In this document: positions 37,492-47,552 of the stretch, piece after piece | Layout: each line of letters starts with the position of its first letter | Numbering within the stretch: the stretch's first letter is position 1 | Source: an uncultured Gammaproteobacteria bacterium | GTDB lineage: Bacteria; Patescibacteriota; Patescibacteriia; S139-126 | Reading direction: 5' to 3' | Assembly: GCA_964620905.1 (NCBI GenBank) | Contig: CAZUKA010000001.1 | Location: 222,524 to 286,523 of the forward strand | Length of the DNA stretch: 64,000 nt | The notes under the pieces: generated by a model | Database searches by the model: none | Seen by the model: the letters and a program-made list of their open reading frames with translations, nothing else | Told to the model about the DNA's origin: nothing | Translations under genes and position numbers: made by a program

Positions 37492-39243
37492 TCAGCGCTT
37501 GGGAGTAACTTGATAATATTGCAAAATAAATTTAGCTATTTCACCAAATAAGGGAGCTGCTGATGATTCGGCAAACCGGGTACTGGGATGATCAAGTTTC
37601 GTGAGCATGACAAATTTTGGATCATCAATAGGACCAAAACCTACAAATGACTGAATAGTTTCCTCTGCATACCCACCTTGCGGTGACGGAACTTGTGCCG
37701 TGCCGGTTTTACCAGCTAAATAATAACCCGGTACACTTGCTCGCCAACCATGGCCTTCTTCCACTGCCGAAACCAACATACCAGAAAGTAATACTGATAC
37801 CTCGGGAGAAATTACCTGGCGAATAATCTTTTTTTCAAACTTTTCTATCTGACCATCGGGTTTTCTTATTTCTGCTACCAAATAAGGTTTTAATAATTCT
37901 CCGCCATTGGCAATGGCAACATAAGCCATCAACATTTGTAAGGGAGTAACAGTAATACCCTGACCAAAAGATGCTGTATAAGCATAAATTGGACGTACAC
38001 CAACATTATCGATGTTACCTTTAGCTTCACCAGGTAAAGTGATATTGGTTAATTCACCAAAGCCAAAACCTTCTAAATATTTTTTAAAAATATTTTCTCC
38101 AATCTGGTCTACAACGTACATAACACCAGTATTTAAAGAATTCACTAAAACATCAGTCATTGATACCAATCCGTGACCTTGGGGATTTATACTAATATCA
38201 GAATTACATATTGGCTTAGACCAACCGCTAATTTGGCGACAACCATCATCTCGATAAGTAGAACGTGGTGTAATTTTTTTCAAATCCAATGCTGCAGCCA
38301 TCGTGATTGGCTTAAAAATAGAACCTGGTTCATACAGATCAGAAACAGCAGGATTTTTAAACTCTTCAATATTTTTTACTTCAAAATATTTATTGGGGTC
38401 AAATTCCGGATATGAACACATAGCCAAAATTGCCCCTGTATTTGGCTCGATTACAATCACTTCACCACCAATCGCACCAAACTTTTCAACATATTCATTC
38501 AAAGTCTTACAACTGACATATTCGATACTTGGATCAATGGTTAAAACAAAATCAGATCCATCAATTGCACTTTCCAAACTACTGGCACCAACTGTTATCA
38601 TTCTACCTGCTGCATCGCGTTCTGAATTTATTTTTCCTCGACTACCAGCTAATTCATCATCAAAATACCCCTCCAAACCATATTGTCCTTTGGCTTGGTC
38701 TGATTTAAAACTATAAAAACCAACTAAATTTGATCCAATTTTTTGATTGGGATAATAGCGCGATTCTTCATTTAAAAAATGTAAGCCTTCGATTTGCCAA
38801 TCTTCAATAGTTTTCTTTTCATTTTCATCAATACCTTTTTTTATTTGTTCAAAAGGATCATCAGTCTGGGACAATCGTTGAACAAAATAATCTGTGGTAG
38901 TAGCATCCCATTGAAATTGTTCTTGTAATTTGTTTACTATCCCTTGTCTGTCAGCTACCAAATTTTTTGGAACAGCATAGAGCGTATACAAGGTTCGATT
39001 TTGTGCTAAAGGTTGCCATTCTCCTTCTTTATCACGCATAAAAATTTCACCTCTGATTGGCACTAATTCACGTAGTATTTCGTGTTGCCCTGATGCTAAT
39101 TTTTTATAATAATCTCGATCAATCACCTGCAATTTTAACAAACGCCATGACACCAATAAAAAAAATAAAAACATAAAAACAACAAAAAAAGTTAGCCGCC
39201 AATCAACCAACTTTATTTGATTTTTTTTCGCCTTGAACATCAA
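37492..39243 (-). CDS. ftsI: Penicillin-binding protein 2/3 family transpeptidase (FtsI-like)
   Basis: N-terminal TM anchor and dimerisation domain. Transpeptidase motifs SIFKP (SxxK), SLNTG (SxN), KTGTA. Confidence 0.8.
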   Translation of the reverse strand: MMFKAKKNQIKLVDWRLTFFVVFMFLFFLLVSWRLLKLQVIDRDYYKKLASGQHEILRELVPIRGEIFMRDKEGEWQPLAQNRTLYTLYAVPKNLVADRQGIVNKLQEQFQWDATTTDYFVQRLSQTDDPFEQIKKGIDENEKKTIEDWQIEGLHFLNEESRYYPNQKIGSNLVGFYSFKSDQAKGQYGLEGYFDDELAGSRGKINSERDAAGRMITVGASSLESAIDGSDFVLTIDPSIEYVSCKTLNEYVEKFGAIGGEVIVIEPNTGAILAMCSYPEFDPNKYFEVKNIEEFKNPAVSDLYEPGSIFKPITMAAALDLKKITPRSTYRDDGCRQISGWSKPICNSDISINPQGHGLVSMTDVLVNSLNTGVMYVVDQIGENIFKKYLEGFGFGELTNITLPGEAKGNIDNVGVRPIYAYTASFGQGITVTPLQMLMAYVAIANGGELLKPYLVAEIRKPDGQIEKFEKKIIRQVISPEVSVLLSGMLVSAVEEGHGWRASVPGYYLAGKTGTAQVPSPQGGYAEETIQSFVGFGPIDDPKFVMLTKLDHPSTRFAESSAAPLFGEIAKFILQYYQVTPKR

Positions 39244-39252
39244 GGGATAAGA

Positions 39253-39576
39253 TTATTTATTACGCGCCACCACCTCTAAACCCGATGTTAAATAAATCAC
39301 TTCGTCATTTTTTACTAAACCCAATCTTTTTGTTTCACTATCAATTCGACTGAGCGCTGTGAGTTCGGCGGCGGTAAAACTCAATTTTTCATTTTGTTGC
39401 TGCAATAAACTTATTTTTCTTTCTAGTTCTTTAAGATAATATCCTTGAGTGGAAACTTGGCTAATGTGCCAAACATAAGACAAACCAACGAGAATCAAAC
39501 AAGCCAAAGACAAAACGCGCCAGGTAAAAGAAATACTTTTTATTTTTTTATTTTTGTTATGAGCTCGACAAAGCAT
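39253..39576 (-). CDS. ftsL: Cell-division protein FtsL-like (small bitopic coiled-coil protein)
   Basis: 107 aa with a single TM (VLSLACLILVGLSYVWHI) followed by a coiled coil, in the conserved position between rsmH and ftsI. Confidence 0.6.
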   Translation of the reverse strand: MLCRAHNKNKKIKSISFTWRVLSLACLILVGLSYVWHISQVSTQGYYLKELERKISLLQQQNEKLSFTAAELTALSRIDSETKRLGLVKNDEVIYLTSGLEVVARNK

Positions 39577-39608
39577 GGGTTTTATTAATTAATTTTATTA
39601 GTGAAAAT

Positions 39609-40541
39609 TTAAATTTTTTCTACCACCCGCAATTTAGCTGACCGTGATCGATAATTTTTTTCTACCTCACTTGCGCTTGGTCTAATCGGTTTGGTAGTCA
39701 ATATTTTTAAACTGGCCTGATGCTGACAAATACATACAGCTGCTTCTTTCGGACAAATACAATCACGGGCTGAAATTTTAAAAAAATTTTTAATAATTTT
39801 ATCCTCGCCAGAATGAAAACTAACTATCGCCAACTTTGCTCCCTTGGGCATGATTTCAACGGCTGCTGGTAAAAATTTTTTTAAATTCTCAAATTCATTA
39901 TTAACTGCAATTCTTAATGCCTGCCAAGTCCGGGTAGAGGGATGTACTCGAGAATATTTCGACCAACGTCTGGCATATAAATCAGTAACAATCTTTTTCA
40001 ATAGTTTCGCAGTTATCTTACTTTTCTTTCTGAAATAAACAATTTGCCTAGCGATTGATCTGGACAAAGGCTCTTCACCAAAATTTTTTAAAATATCTGC
40101 TAATCTTTTTTCTGACCAATGATGCAAAATTTCATCAGCTGTTAGTGCTGTTTGTGGACTAAAACGGAGGTCCAGTTTTCCCTCGCTATCGAAACTAAAA
40201 CCACGTGTTTGATCTTCAACTTGTAAAGAGGAATAACCCAGGTCGCATACCACACCACTAATTTTATTAAATTTATATTCATTTATTTTTGTTTTTATTT
40301 TGTCAAAATTATCATTAATATAAATTATCCGATCTTTATAACTATGTAATCTTTTTTGGGCGTGTGAAATCGCTTCCGGATCAAGATCAAAACTCATCAC
40401 AATTCCTCTGGGACCGTTTTTTTTTAGTAAACCAAGGGTATAACCACCACCACCCAAAGTCGCATCAACAAAATCTTGATTTGATCGTGGTTCAATAAAA
40501 CGTATGACTTCTTCCAATAATACCGGTATATGGTCCGGCAT
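39609..40541 (-). CDS. rsmH: 16S rRNA (cytosine1402-N4)-methyltransferase
   Basis: MPDHIPVLLEEVIRFIEPRSNQDFVDATLGGGGYT, the MraW/RsmH N-terminus with SAM-binding motif. Confidence 0.85.
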   Translation of the reverse strand: MPDHIPVLLEEVIRFIEPRSNQDFVDATLGGGGYTLGLLKKNGPRGIVMSFDLDPEAISHAQKRLHSYKDRIIYINDNFDKIKTKINEYKFNKISGVVCDLGYSSLQVEDQTRGFSFDSEGKLDLRFSPQTALTADEILHHWSEKRLADILKNFGEEPLSRSIARQIVYFRKKSKITAKLLKKIVTDLYARRWSKYSRVHPSTRTWQALRIAVNNEFENLKKFLPAAVEIMPKGAKLAIVSFHSGEDKIIKNFFKISARDCICPKEAAVCICQHQASLKILTTKPIRPSASEVEKNYRSRSAKLRVVEKI

Positions 40542-40545
40542 AAAA

Positions 40546-40977
40546 CTAGACTCCTAATTCCCCTAACGCTTCGGCAATATCATTGCTGGAACTTTCTGTT
40601 TGTAACTTATATTTTTCCCATTCTTCTTCTGACCATAATTCCACTCGATTATAAAGACCAGCCACCACTGCTTTCTTTTTCAAAAATGCATAATTTCTCA
40701 AATAATCAGGTAAGACTATTCTACCCTGTTTATCCAAGGATAGATCCATAGCACCAGCTAACATCAATCTAGCAAAGGCTCGGGATTTACTTTGAGATAT
40801 TGGCAAACTGGATAATTTTTCTGCCAATTTTTTCCACTCGGAATTGGTATATAAAAATAATGATTTATCTAGACCCTTAGTAACTACTGCCCCACTCTTA
40901 AAAGCATTGCGAAACTTAACCGGTATTGCTAACCTGCCTTTTTCATCAATACTATGGTGAAATTCGCCGATAAACAT
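40546..40977 (-). CDS. mraZ: Transcriptional regulator MraZ
   Basis: MFIGEFHHSIDEKGRLAIPVKFR, with duplicated SpoVT/AbrB-like halves (second DKQGRIVLP). Confidence 0.85.
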   Translation of the reverse strand: MFIGEFHHSIDEKGRLAIPVKFRNAFKSGAVVTKGLDKSLFLYTNSEWKKLAEKLSSLPISQSKSRAFARLMLAGAMDLSLDKQGRIVLPDYLRNYAFLKKKAVVAGLYNRVELWSEEEWEKYKLQTESSSNDIAEALGELGV

Positions 40978-41012
40978 TTAATTTATAGATATTTTTATCT
41001 TTGGGATATTAG

Positions 41013-41062
41013 TTATCCACTTTTAACCTGACTTATCCCCACTTTTATCCACTTTTCACCCT
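41013..41062 (-). promoter_or_regulatory. Candidate MraZ operator: three direct GTGG(G) repeats in the mraZ leader
   Basis: Minus strand reads aaaaGTGGataaaaGTGGGgataagtcaggttaaaaGTGGataa, located between the predicted -10 and the mraZ ATG. Confidence 0.5.
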
Positions 41063-41070
41063 CTATAAAC

Positions 41071-41099
41071 ATTATACCCCACTAAACCAAAAAAATCAA
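41071..41099 (-). promoter_or_regulatory. Sigma70-type promoter of the mraZ (dcw) operon
   Basis: Minus strand reads TTGATT (plus 41094-41099), a 17-nt spacer, then TATAAT (plus 41071-41076). Confidence 0.55.
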
Positions 41100-41157
41100 C
41101 CACTCCTCTCCCCTAAAATTAAATAAAAAAATAAATAAATCTTAGTAAAAATAAAAA

Positions 41158-41176
41158 ACACCGCTTTAAGCGGTGT
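41158..41176 (-). terminator. Rho-independent terminator after the HD-domain gene, insulating the mraZ promoter
   Basis: acaccgc-tttaa-gcggtgt, followed on the minus strand by TTTTTTATTTT. Confidence 0.55.
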
Positions 41177-41194
41177 ATAAGGTGTGGAAAAATT

Positions 41195-42007
41195 TTATTC
41201 GATAACTGAATTATCATTTTTTATTTTATTTTCCTGATAAATAATATCTGCGGCAATTTTTAAAGCATCAGGAATGTCTTTATTTGTTTCCAAAAAACTT
41301 TTAATGATATTATAATCATCGTCAGAATAAAAATAAGAAAAACCTTTTATTTCAAGGGCATATCGGTGTAATTCCTCAACATGTTGACGTAATGGCAACA
41401 ATAATACCGGCAATGCTTTAACTGGATCAGTCAGATATTCCTGGTAAGTAAAAATTACATAACCCAACCTTTCTATGGCAGTAAAAATTTTAGCCTCAAG
41501 TTCTTTATTATAAAACAATAATTCAGTCCAATCAGTATAACCCAATTTGTTGAGCAATCTTTCTCCTTCATTTGGTTCTGCACCATACTGCATAAGATAA
41601 TAAGGGAAAAGGTCAGCTTTTATCAGTTCTGATTTTTTAAAAATATTTAATAATTTATCAAATACTTTAAATTCACCTTCGCGATGATTGTTGTTGTTTT
41701 CTTTTCGATCAAAGGAAATATCACCCGGACTAGTATCATCAAAAATTATTTCACCAAAGTCATGTAGAAAAGCGCCTTTTAAAAGAATATATTTATCCAA
41801 ATTGGGATAAAAATTTTCTAAATAGTCTGACACAATAATAGTCAGCCAGGTTATATCCACAGTATGGTCAAAAGATGTTTGCCATCGACACATTTTAGCC
41901 TTAGGCAGTATATCCCAACGAAAAGTTCCTTTCATGCCTCTTTCTTGAACAGTTAAAAACTTGGCTAATTGATCAATTAGCCCTAATTTAATCTGAGTTT
42001 GTTTCAC
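41195..42007 (-). CDS. HD-domain phosphohydrolase-like protein
   Basis: H ... HD spacing (FDHTVDI ... GAFLHDFGEI) with later conserved His/Asp candidates. No further family assignment possible. Confidence 0.4.
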   Translation of the reverse strand: MKQTQIKLGLIDQLAKFLTVQERGMKGTFRWDILPKAKMCRWQTSFDHTVDITWLTIIVSDYLENFYPNLDKYILLKGAFLHDFGEIIFDDTSPGDISFDRKENNNNHREGEFKVFDKLLNIFKKSELIKADLFPYYLMQYGAEPNEGERLLNKLGYTDWTELLFYNKELEAKIFTAIERLGYVIFTYQEYLTDPVKALPVLLLPLRQHVEELHRYALEIKGFSYFYSDDDYNIIKSFLETNKDIPDALKIAADIIYQENKIKNDNSVIE

Positions 42008-42087
42008 TTCATCCTCCTATGATTTATTTATTTTTTAAGATTCAATTTTACTATCTTATTATATTATTCAAAAAAAGCAAATAAAAT

Positions 42088-42624
42088 TCATAAATCTGTT
42101 TTCAATAGTGAATACCATAAAATATCCTGCCAACTACCAAAACGATAAAATGACTGACGCTGTTTGCCTTCTAAAACAAATTTATTTTTTTTCAATACCC
42201 GTTGTGAACCAATATTAGCAGCGAAACAAAAAGCATAGATCCGGTGTAGTTTCATTTTTTTAAAACCATACTTAACTACCAATTTAACCGCTTCCGTAGT
42301 CAAACCTACCCCCCATTTGTCTGGATGCAACCAATAACCCAGTTCGGCTTTTTTGTTCTCTTTACTTATATGATGTAAACCAATACCACCAATAATCAAA
42401 CCAGAATCTTTTTCAGTTATAAACCAAAACTGATCAGTGCCTTTTTTCAGTTTGTTGGCTTGTTCACGAATAAATTTTTTGGCATCAGTCAAACGATATG
42501 GATAAGGAATATGTGTTGTCCATTGCCCTATTTTTTTGTGATTTATTTGTCGCGCCAATTCAACAGCATCTTTAGGTGAAGCTGATCTTAAAATCAGACG
42601 CTTACCAATTACTTTTGATTTCAT
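42088..42624 (-). CDS. GNAT family N-acetyltransferase (RimJ/RimL-like)
   Basis: Acetyl-CoA binding region LHRIYAFCFAANIGSQRVLKKNKFVLEG and overall ~180-aa GNAT layout. Confidence 0.6.
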   Translation of the reverse strand: MKSKVIGKRLILRSASPKDAVELARQINHKKIGQWTTHIPYPYRLTDAKKFIREQANKLKKGTDQFWFITEKDSGLIIGGIGLHHISKENKKAELGYWLHPDKWGVGLTTEAVKLVVKYGFKKMKLHRIYAFCFAANIGSQRVLKKNKFVLEGKQRQSFYRFGSWQDILWYSLLKTDL

Positions 42625-43037
42625 CAGATTTTATTTTTAATATTTATTTTTGGTGCCTGATTATAAAAAGGCAAAACTAAAGAAAACTTACTTCGCCGAC
42701 TCAAATATTTCTTACCCAACTTATATAGCTCTTCAACCGAACCAAACAATTCTTTACTTATTCCAACAATAGGTATATTTAGCTGCCAAGCAATAGTATT
42801 AGCCACAGCTAAACCAATTCGCAAAGCAGAAAAACTACCCGGTCCAGATACTACTATTAAACCAGTCAATTTAGTCAATTTTATCTTTTTTAATCTTAAA
42901 AGTTTATCGATTGTGTTCAATAATTTTTCTTCGTGGGCGAATTTTGCTTTGACAACAACTTTAATAACAATTTTATTCTGATCAGCCAAAGCGACCAGCA
43001 AACCCTCCAGCTCACTACTGTTGATAATTAAAATCAT
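42624..43037 (-). CDS. tsaB: tRNA threonylcarbamoyladenosine biosynthesis protein TsaB-like (short form)
   Basis: MILIINSSELEGLLVALADQNK ... LTGLIVVSGPGSFSALRIGLAVANTIAWQLNIPIVGIS, the YeaZ/TsaB N-terminal ASKHA half only (137 aa). Confidence 0.5.
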   Translation of the reverse strand: MILIINSSELEGLLVALADQNKIVIKVVVKAKFAHEEKLLNTIDKLLRLKKIKLTKLTGLIVVSGPGSFSALRIGLAVANTIAWQLNIPIVGISKELFGSVEELYKLGKKYLSRRSKFSLVLPFYNQAPKINIKNKI

Positions 43038-43720
43038 ATGAAATACTTTTTTATATCTTTAAAACTAAGTTTTAAATATTTACCGACCGGTAAATCACGC
43101 AAAATAAATCTACCCAGTCGTACCCGACATAGTTGTAAAACCTGATAGCCAAAAAAGCCAAACATTAAACGTATTTGTCGGTTATAACCTTGGTGTAAAA
43201 TAACCTGATAAGTAAAATCATCCTTTTCAACAATTTCATCAAATTTCATTATTTTACCAGATAAATCAATACCCTTAAGCATCACTTGGCTATCAGTTGC
43301 AGATATTTTTTTATCACAAACTACTAAATATTCTTTTTCAGTTTGATGCTTGGGATGAGATATGATTTGTGCCAATTCTCCATCATTTGTTAAAACAATC
43401 AAACCGGTTGTATTTTTATCCAAACGACCAACCGGGAAAACTGGGACATCACTCGGTACTAAATCAGTGACAAGCAAATCTGCCTGCTCTCTGTTGGCAG
43501 TACAAACATAACCCAAAGGTTTATGTAAAACATAATAAACTAGTTTAAGAGGCTTAATAACTTTCCCATGCAATTTTACAATATCAGTATAATTTACTTT
43601 GGTGGCTAAATCACTAACCAGATGGCCATTGATACTAATATCACCGCGCCTGATAAATGATTCGGCCTGACGACGAGAAAAATTTGTGGCGGAAGCTATA
43701 TAACGATTCAAACGAATCAT
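43034..43720 (-). CDS. Pseudouridine synthase, RsuA/RluB family
   Basis: N-terminal S4 domain (MIRLNRYIASATNFSRRQAESFIRRGDISINGHLV) and catalytic-Asp motif VGRLDKNTTGLIVLTNDGE. Confidence 0.75.
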   Translation of the reverse strand: MIRLNRYIASATNFSRRQAESFIRRGDISINGHLVSDLATKVNYTDIVKLHGKVIKPLKLVYYVLHKPLGYVCTANREQADLLVTDLVPSDVPVFPVGRLDKNTTGLIVLTNDGELAQIISHPKHQTEKEYLVVCDKKISATDSQVMLKGIDLSGKIMKFDEIVEKDDFTYQVILHQGYNRQIRLMFGFFGYQVLQLCRVRLGRFILRDLPVGKYLKLSFKDIKKYFI

Positions 43721-44289
43721 TTTTTTACCCGGAAAATTTTATCAACAACAACAATTTTTTGTCCGTTGAGAATATTGTAAATAAAACGATCTGTCATTTG
43801 ACTTCGAGCTTGAAATTCATGGGGTGAAAGTATAGTATAATTTATTTCCTGATCAAAATTTTTTTCCAATAATTTCAAAATGTTTTTTAATTTATCCACT
43901 GGTATCTTATCGCCCACTACCAAAATATCTGTCAAAGTATCAACCCGACGAACAAACTTTCCAGTCAGTAAACAATATTTTATTTGTTTGATATTTCTTA
44001 TTCTTTCTAAAATACGATCCTCTATCAAACCTTGTGATTTTATAATCAAAGCTTCAATCTCCGGATACAACAAAAAATCTTTATTGACTTGGTAATATTT
44101 TTTTTGTTCTTGATTAAAAGTTATTAAAAAACCAATACTTACAAGATTCTCCAATTCGCGTCTAACAGAATTTATTCGCTCATCAATTTCTCTAGTAAGC
44201 TCTCGAACAAAAAATTTACTTTCCGGATTTAGTAAGAATTTTTTTAATAATTTGACTCTAGTTCTTGAACTAAATAGTTGTTCAAGCAT
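43717..44289 (-). CDS. Hypothetical protein with N-terminal winged-helix-like region
   Basis: 190 aa (MLEQLFSSRTRVKLLKKFLLNPESKFFVRELTREIDERINSVRRELENLVSIGFL). 4-bp overlap with the downstream pseudouridine synthase gene. Confidence 0.35.
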   Translation of the reverse strand: MLEQLFSSRTRVKLLKKFLLNPESKFFVRELTREIDERINSVRRELENLVSIGFLITFNQEQKKYYQVNKDFLLYPEIEALIIKSQGLIEDRILERIRNIKQIKYCLLTGKFVRRVDTLTDILVVGDKIPVDKLKNILKLLEKNFDQEINYTILSPHEFQARSQMTDRFIYNILNGQKIVVVDKIFRVKK

Positions 44290-44422
44290 ATTGAAAAAAG
44301 TAAAAATAATCAGTATAATTTTTTATATTTTCATACTAACTCACTATCTAGCGACTGTCAATATTACCAAAAATAAAATATACTATCAATAGGCCCAATC
44401 GCTTTAAATAATTTGCTATTTT

Positions 44423-46558
44423 ATGAGTCTGCTGAGTCAAAATATATTTCTTCCCGCTGATAAACCGATCAATAACGCAACTTTCTTTTATACTCATTTA
44501 CCTGAAATTAATGAGTTGGGTTATTTAATCTTTGGAGTTGATACCTATCTTCCACTTTCTCAACACCATACTATTATAAACCTACTAAACTCATTGAGTG
44601 ACAACTATTTTTTACGACAAGATATCGCTGATCCACTGGGTTGCTTGGAAAAAGTCATCAATCAATTTAATTTGGAATTCTTACAAAATTTTTTAGAACA
44701 AATTAGTTGGTCAAGAAAAATAAATATCACATTAGCTTTATTAGTTGATCAAAAACTCCACTTTGCCAATTATGGTAATAATCACCTACTGCTGCTAAAA
44801 CAAAAAAATTATATTGATATTATTAGACAGGTATCAGCCAACCTTCACTTATCTTCTAAAAAAATATTTGACCAAATTTATTCAGGTGATATAAATCAAT
44901 TCAATCGTTTAGCTCTATGCAACCAAGCGGTTTTAGATTATATTTCATCTGAAAAAATTAAAAATATTTTCAATATTTTACCTATACAAAATATTCCCGA
45001 ACAATTAATACAACTTACCAAACAAACTTTTCGTAATCAAAATATGTCGGGTATTATTATCTTGAATCCCGAATTTAAAACAATCAACAATGATTTGGGC
45101 GAAAAAAAGGTTTTTTTAACTGATGACACAATAAAAAATTTACAAATCAAAACTGCTGAAACGCAAAAATATCTTCACCCCAAATACCTGCCCGATATAG
45201 AACAAATCAAACAAAAATTTTTAAAATTATTACCTAAAACAAAAAATCAACTTGTCTATCAAAAAGAGAATAAAAATATATCGGGCTTTAAAAACTATTT
45301 AAATAAGTTTAGAGGGTTGCCTGCTAATGTTTCTTTTTTAAATCGTAAATATAAACACCAAATTTTAGATTTAGGTCAATTTTTAAAAAATGTGCCGGTT
45401 GATTTATTATTTTCTTTAAAACAGTTACATCTAAAAATAAAATCTTTGTCAAAGTTAAGCAAATTTTTATTAGCGGCATCGTTAATATTGATATTTTCCT
45501 TATTATTTAATCTGTCAGTACTGGGTATTAAAAAAAATACCAATATTAGTACCGAATATTTCAACCAAACTGTAAATCAAATTCAAGCCTTACAAAGCGA
45601 AGCTCAAGCGGCTATTATCTATGGTGACAATCAAAAAGCCAAACAAGTGTTAAACCAAGCACTAAACTTGACCTTCAACTTACCAAAAAACAATAGTGAA
45701 AGAGAAAAAATAAATTTTGATTTATTACAAAAAAATGAGCAATTATTAAATGAGGCTAACCGATTAATTGTTCTTTCTTCACTTTCACCTTTGATTAGTA
45801 TTGATAGTATCACCAACGAAAATCCAATAAAAAATAGCCTCTATATCAATGGAAATAATTTATTTTTTTTAACAAACAATTCATTGTTTAAAATAAATTT
45901 AAATGACCGAGCTATTACCAAATTAGACTTGCCCGACCAAAAACCTGAATTATTGATTACGGAAAAAGAAAATTTGTTTGTCTTTTTTTCTGAAAATAAA
46001 ACTCTCTACCGTTTAGACGTTGATTCCAATGAATGGCAAAACACCCTACTCCCTTGGACAGAAAATAAACCCCCCAGTAGCGGCGGTATTTATAACAATA
46101 ATATTTATTTGAGTACAGCAGATGATAATAAAATATTAAGATACAACAATATCGGCAATAGTTTTACCGGACCACAAATTTGGCTTGGACCAAATAAAAT
46201 AAGCGAGGTTTCCAGTCTAAGCATTGATGGATCAATTTACACATTGCAAACAAATGGTCAAATATACAAATTTACTCGGGGTGAACAACAAATTTTTTCA
46301 GTAGAGCCAATAGAACCAAATATAAAATCCGGAGGTCAAATAATCACCAACAACGATCTTACGGTTATTTATATACTAGATCCGTCCAATAAACGACTAG
46401 TCATTATTAATAAAGAAGGTAAACTTGTTCAACAGTATAAATCTGATGTTTTTAGCAACCTTGAAGCTGTGGCAGTCAGTCAGAAAAAGGAAAACAATAA
46501 ACGAATCATTTATTTGTTCGCTGAAAAAAATATCTATGAATTGTTAGTAGCTGAATAA
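44423..46558 (+). CDS. Large bitopic protein: N-terminal degenerate PP2C-like domain, central TM, C-terminal extracytoplasmic repeat domain
   Basis: ITLALLVDQKLHFANYGNNHLLLL aligns with the PP2C motif around VANVGDSRAVL, with the metal-binding D/S replaced by N/N. Single TM (LAASLILIFSLLFNLSVLGI) at ~aa 350, then ~340 aa of repetitive beta-rich sequence. Confidence 0.45.
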   Translation: MSLLSQNIFLPADKPINNATFFYTHLPEINELGYLIFGVDTYLPLSQHHTIINLLNSLSDNYFLRQDIADPLGCLEKVINQFNLEFLQNFLEQISWSRKINITLALLVDQKLHFANYGNNHLLLLKQKNYIDIIRQVSANLHLSSKKIFDQIYSGDINQFNRLALCNQAVLDYISSEKIKNIFNILPIQNIPEQLIQLTKQTFRNQNMSGIIILNPEFKTINNDLGEKKVFLTDDTIKNLQIKTAETQKYLHPKYLPDIEQIKQKFLKLLPKTKNQLVYQKENKNISGFKNYLNKFRGLPANVSFLNRKYKHQILDLGQFLKNVPVDLLFSLKQLHLKIKSLSKLSKFLLAASLILIFSLLFNLSVLGIKKNTNISTEYFNQTVNQIQALQSEAQAAIIYGDNQKAKQVLNQALNLTFNLPKNNSEREKINFDLLQKNEQLLNEANRLIVLSSLSPLISIDSITNENPIKNSLYINGNNLFFLTNNSLFKINLNDRAITKLDLPDQKPELLITEKENLFVFFSENKTLYRLDVDSNEWQNTLLPWTENKPPSSGGIYNNNIYLSTADDNKILRYNNIGNSFTGPQIWLGPNKISEVSSLSIDGSIYTLQTNGQIYKFTRGEQQIFSVEPIEPNIKSGGQIITNNDLTVIYILDPSNKRLVIINKEGKLVQQYKSDVFSNLEAVAVSQKKENNKRIIYLFAEKNIYELLVAE

Positions 46559-46576
46559 ACATGATCAAAGCAAAAA

Positions 46577-46606
46577 AAACCGTCCCGAACAAATCGGGAC
46601 GGTTTT
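46577..46606. terminator. Bidirectional terminator between the 711-aa gene (+) and rplL (-)
   Basis: aaaaccgtcccg-aacaaat-cgggacggtttt, a 12-bp stem flanked by an A-run and a T-run. Confidence 0.6.
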
Positions 46607-46616
46607 AATATAATTG

Positions 46617-47018
46617 TTATTTCAAATTTACCGTAGCTCCTGCTTCTTCCAATTTTTTCTTCATTTCATCTGCTTCCTCTTTTTTCAAACCTTCTTTCAA
46701 TACTTTTGGTGCACCATCAACTATGTCTTTTGCCTCTTTCAAACCCAATTGAGTTACTTCGCGTACTACTTTGATAACACCAATCTTATTCTCTCCAGCA
46801 GAAGCTAATTCCAAAGTAAACTCTGATTTTTCTTCTGCCGCGACTGCTCCAGCGCCGGCAGTAGACGCTGCCATGGCGACCGGAGCTGCTGCTGATACAC
46901 CAAATTTATCTTCCAAGACTTTCACCAATTCAGATAAGTCAAGGACAGACATTTTTTCAATTTCTTCAACTAATTTTTTAAATTTTTCCGGTACGGAAAC
47001 TTTTTTTTCTTCACTCAT
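46617..47018 (-). CDS. rplL: 50S ribosomal protein L7/L12
   Basis: [46 protein letters not shown] ... Ala-rich hinge, then C-terminal domain [42 protein letters not shown]. Confidence 0.9.
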   Translation of the reverse strand: MSEEKKVSVPEKFKKLVEEIEKMSVLDLSELVKVLEDKFGVSAAAPVAMAASTAGAGAVAAEEKSEFTLELASAGENKIGVIKVVREVTQLGLKEAKDIVDGAPKVLKEGLKKEEADEMKKKLEEAGATVNLK

Positions 47019-47027
47019 AAATATAAA

Positions 47028-47552
47028 TTAATTTTTAGATAATTTAATTGCCTGCAAAGCGTAAAGTAAACTGCGCAAACTACCGGCAAACACATTTACT
47101 AAACCTGATACTGGGGCATTGATAGAACCAACAAATTTTGCCAATAATTCTTCCCTACTAGGTAAACTGGCCAGAGCTTTAACCCGAGAATCGTCGATAA
47201 AATTATTTTCCAATAGACCTCCAAATATTTTCATATTACCGTTGGTTTGACCAAACTTGGCAACCACCCGGGCAGGAGCAACTTCATCCTGATAACCAAA
47301 AGCAACCGTCACATTACCTAAAAAATCATCAACAATTGTATCAGATATTTCCTTTTGTTGTAGAGCAATCTTCAATAAATTTTTTTTGGCCATCTTCAAC
47401 TCTCCACCAGATTGACGTAATGCCTTGCGTAATTCTTCGGTCTGACTGACTGTCAAACCTTGATAAGAAGCAAATACAACTGCTTTGGCTTGAGCCAATT
47501 TATCAGTCAAATCTTTTACTTCTTGATCCTTTTGTTGTTTAGTTTTAGCCAT
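47028..47552 (-). CDS. rplJ: 50S ribosomal protein L10
   Basis: Start at MAKTKQQKDQEVKDLTDKLAQAKAVVFASYQGLTVSQTEELRKALRQSG. Immediately precedes rplL. Confidence 0.85.
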   Translation of the reverse strand: MAKTKQQKDQEVKDLTDKLAQAKAVVFASYQGLTVSQTEELRKALRQSGGELKMAKKNLLKIALQQKEISDTIVDDFLGNVTVAFGYQDEVAPARVVAKFGQTNGNMKIFGGLLENNFIDDSRVKALASLPSREELLAKFVGSINAPVSGLVNVFAGSLRSLLYALQAIKLSKN

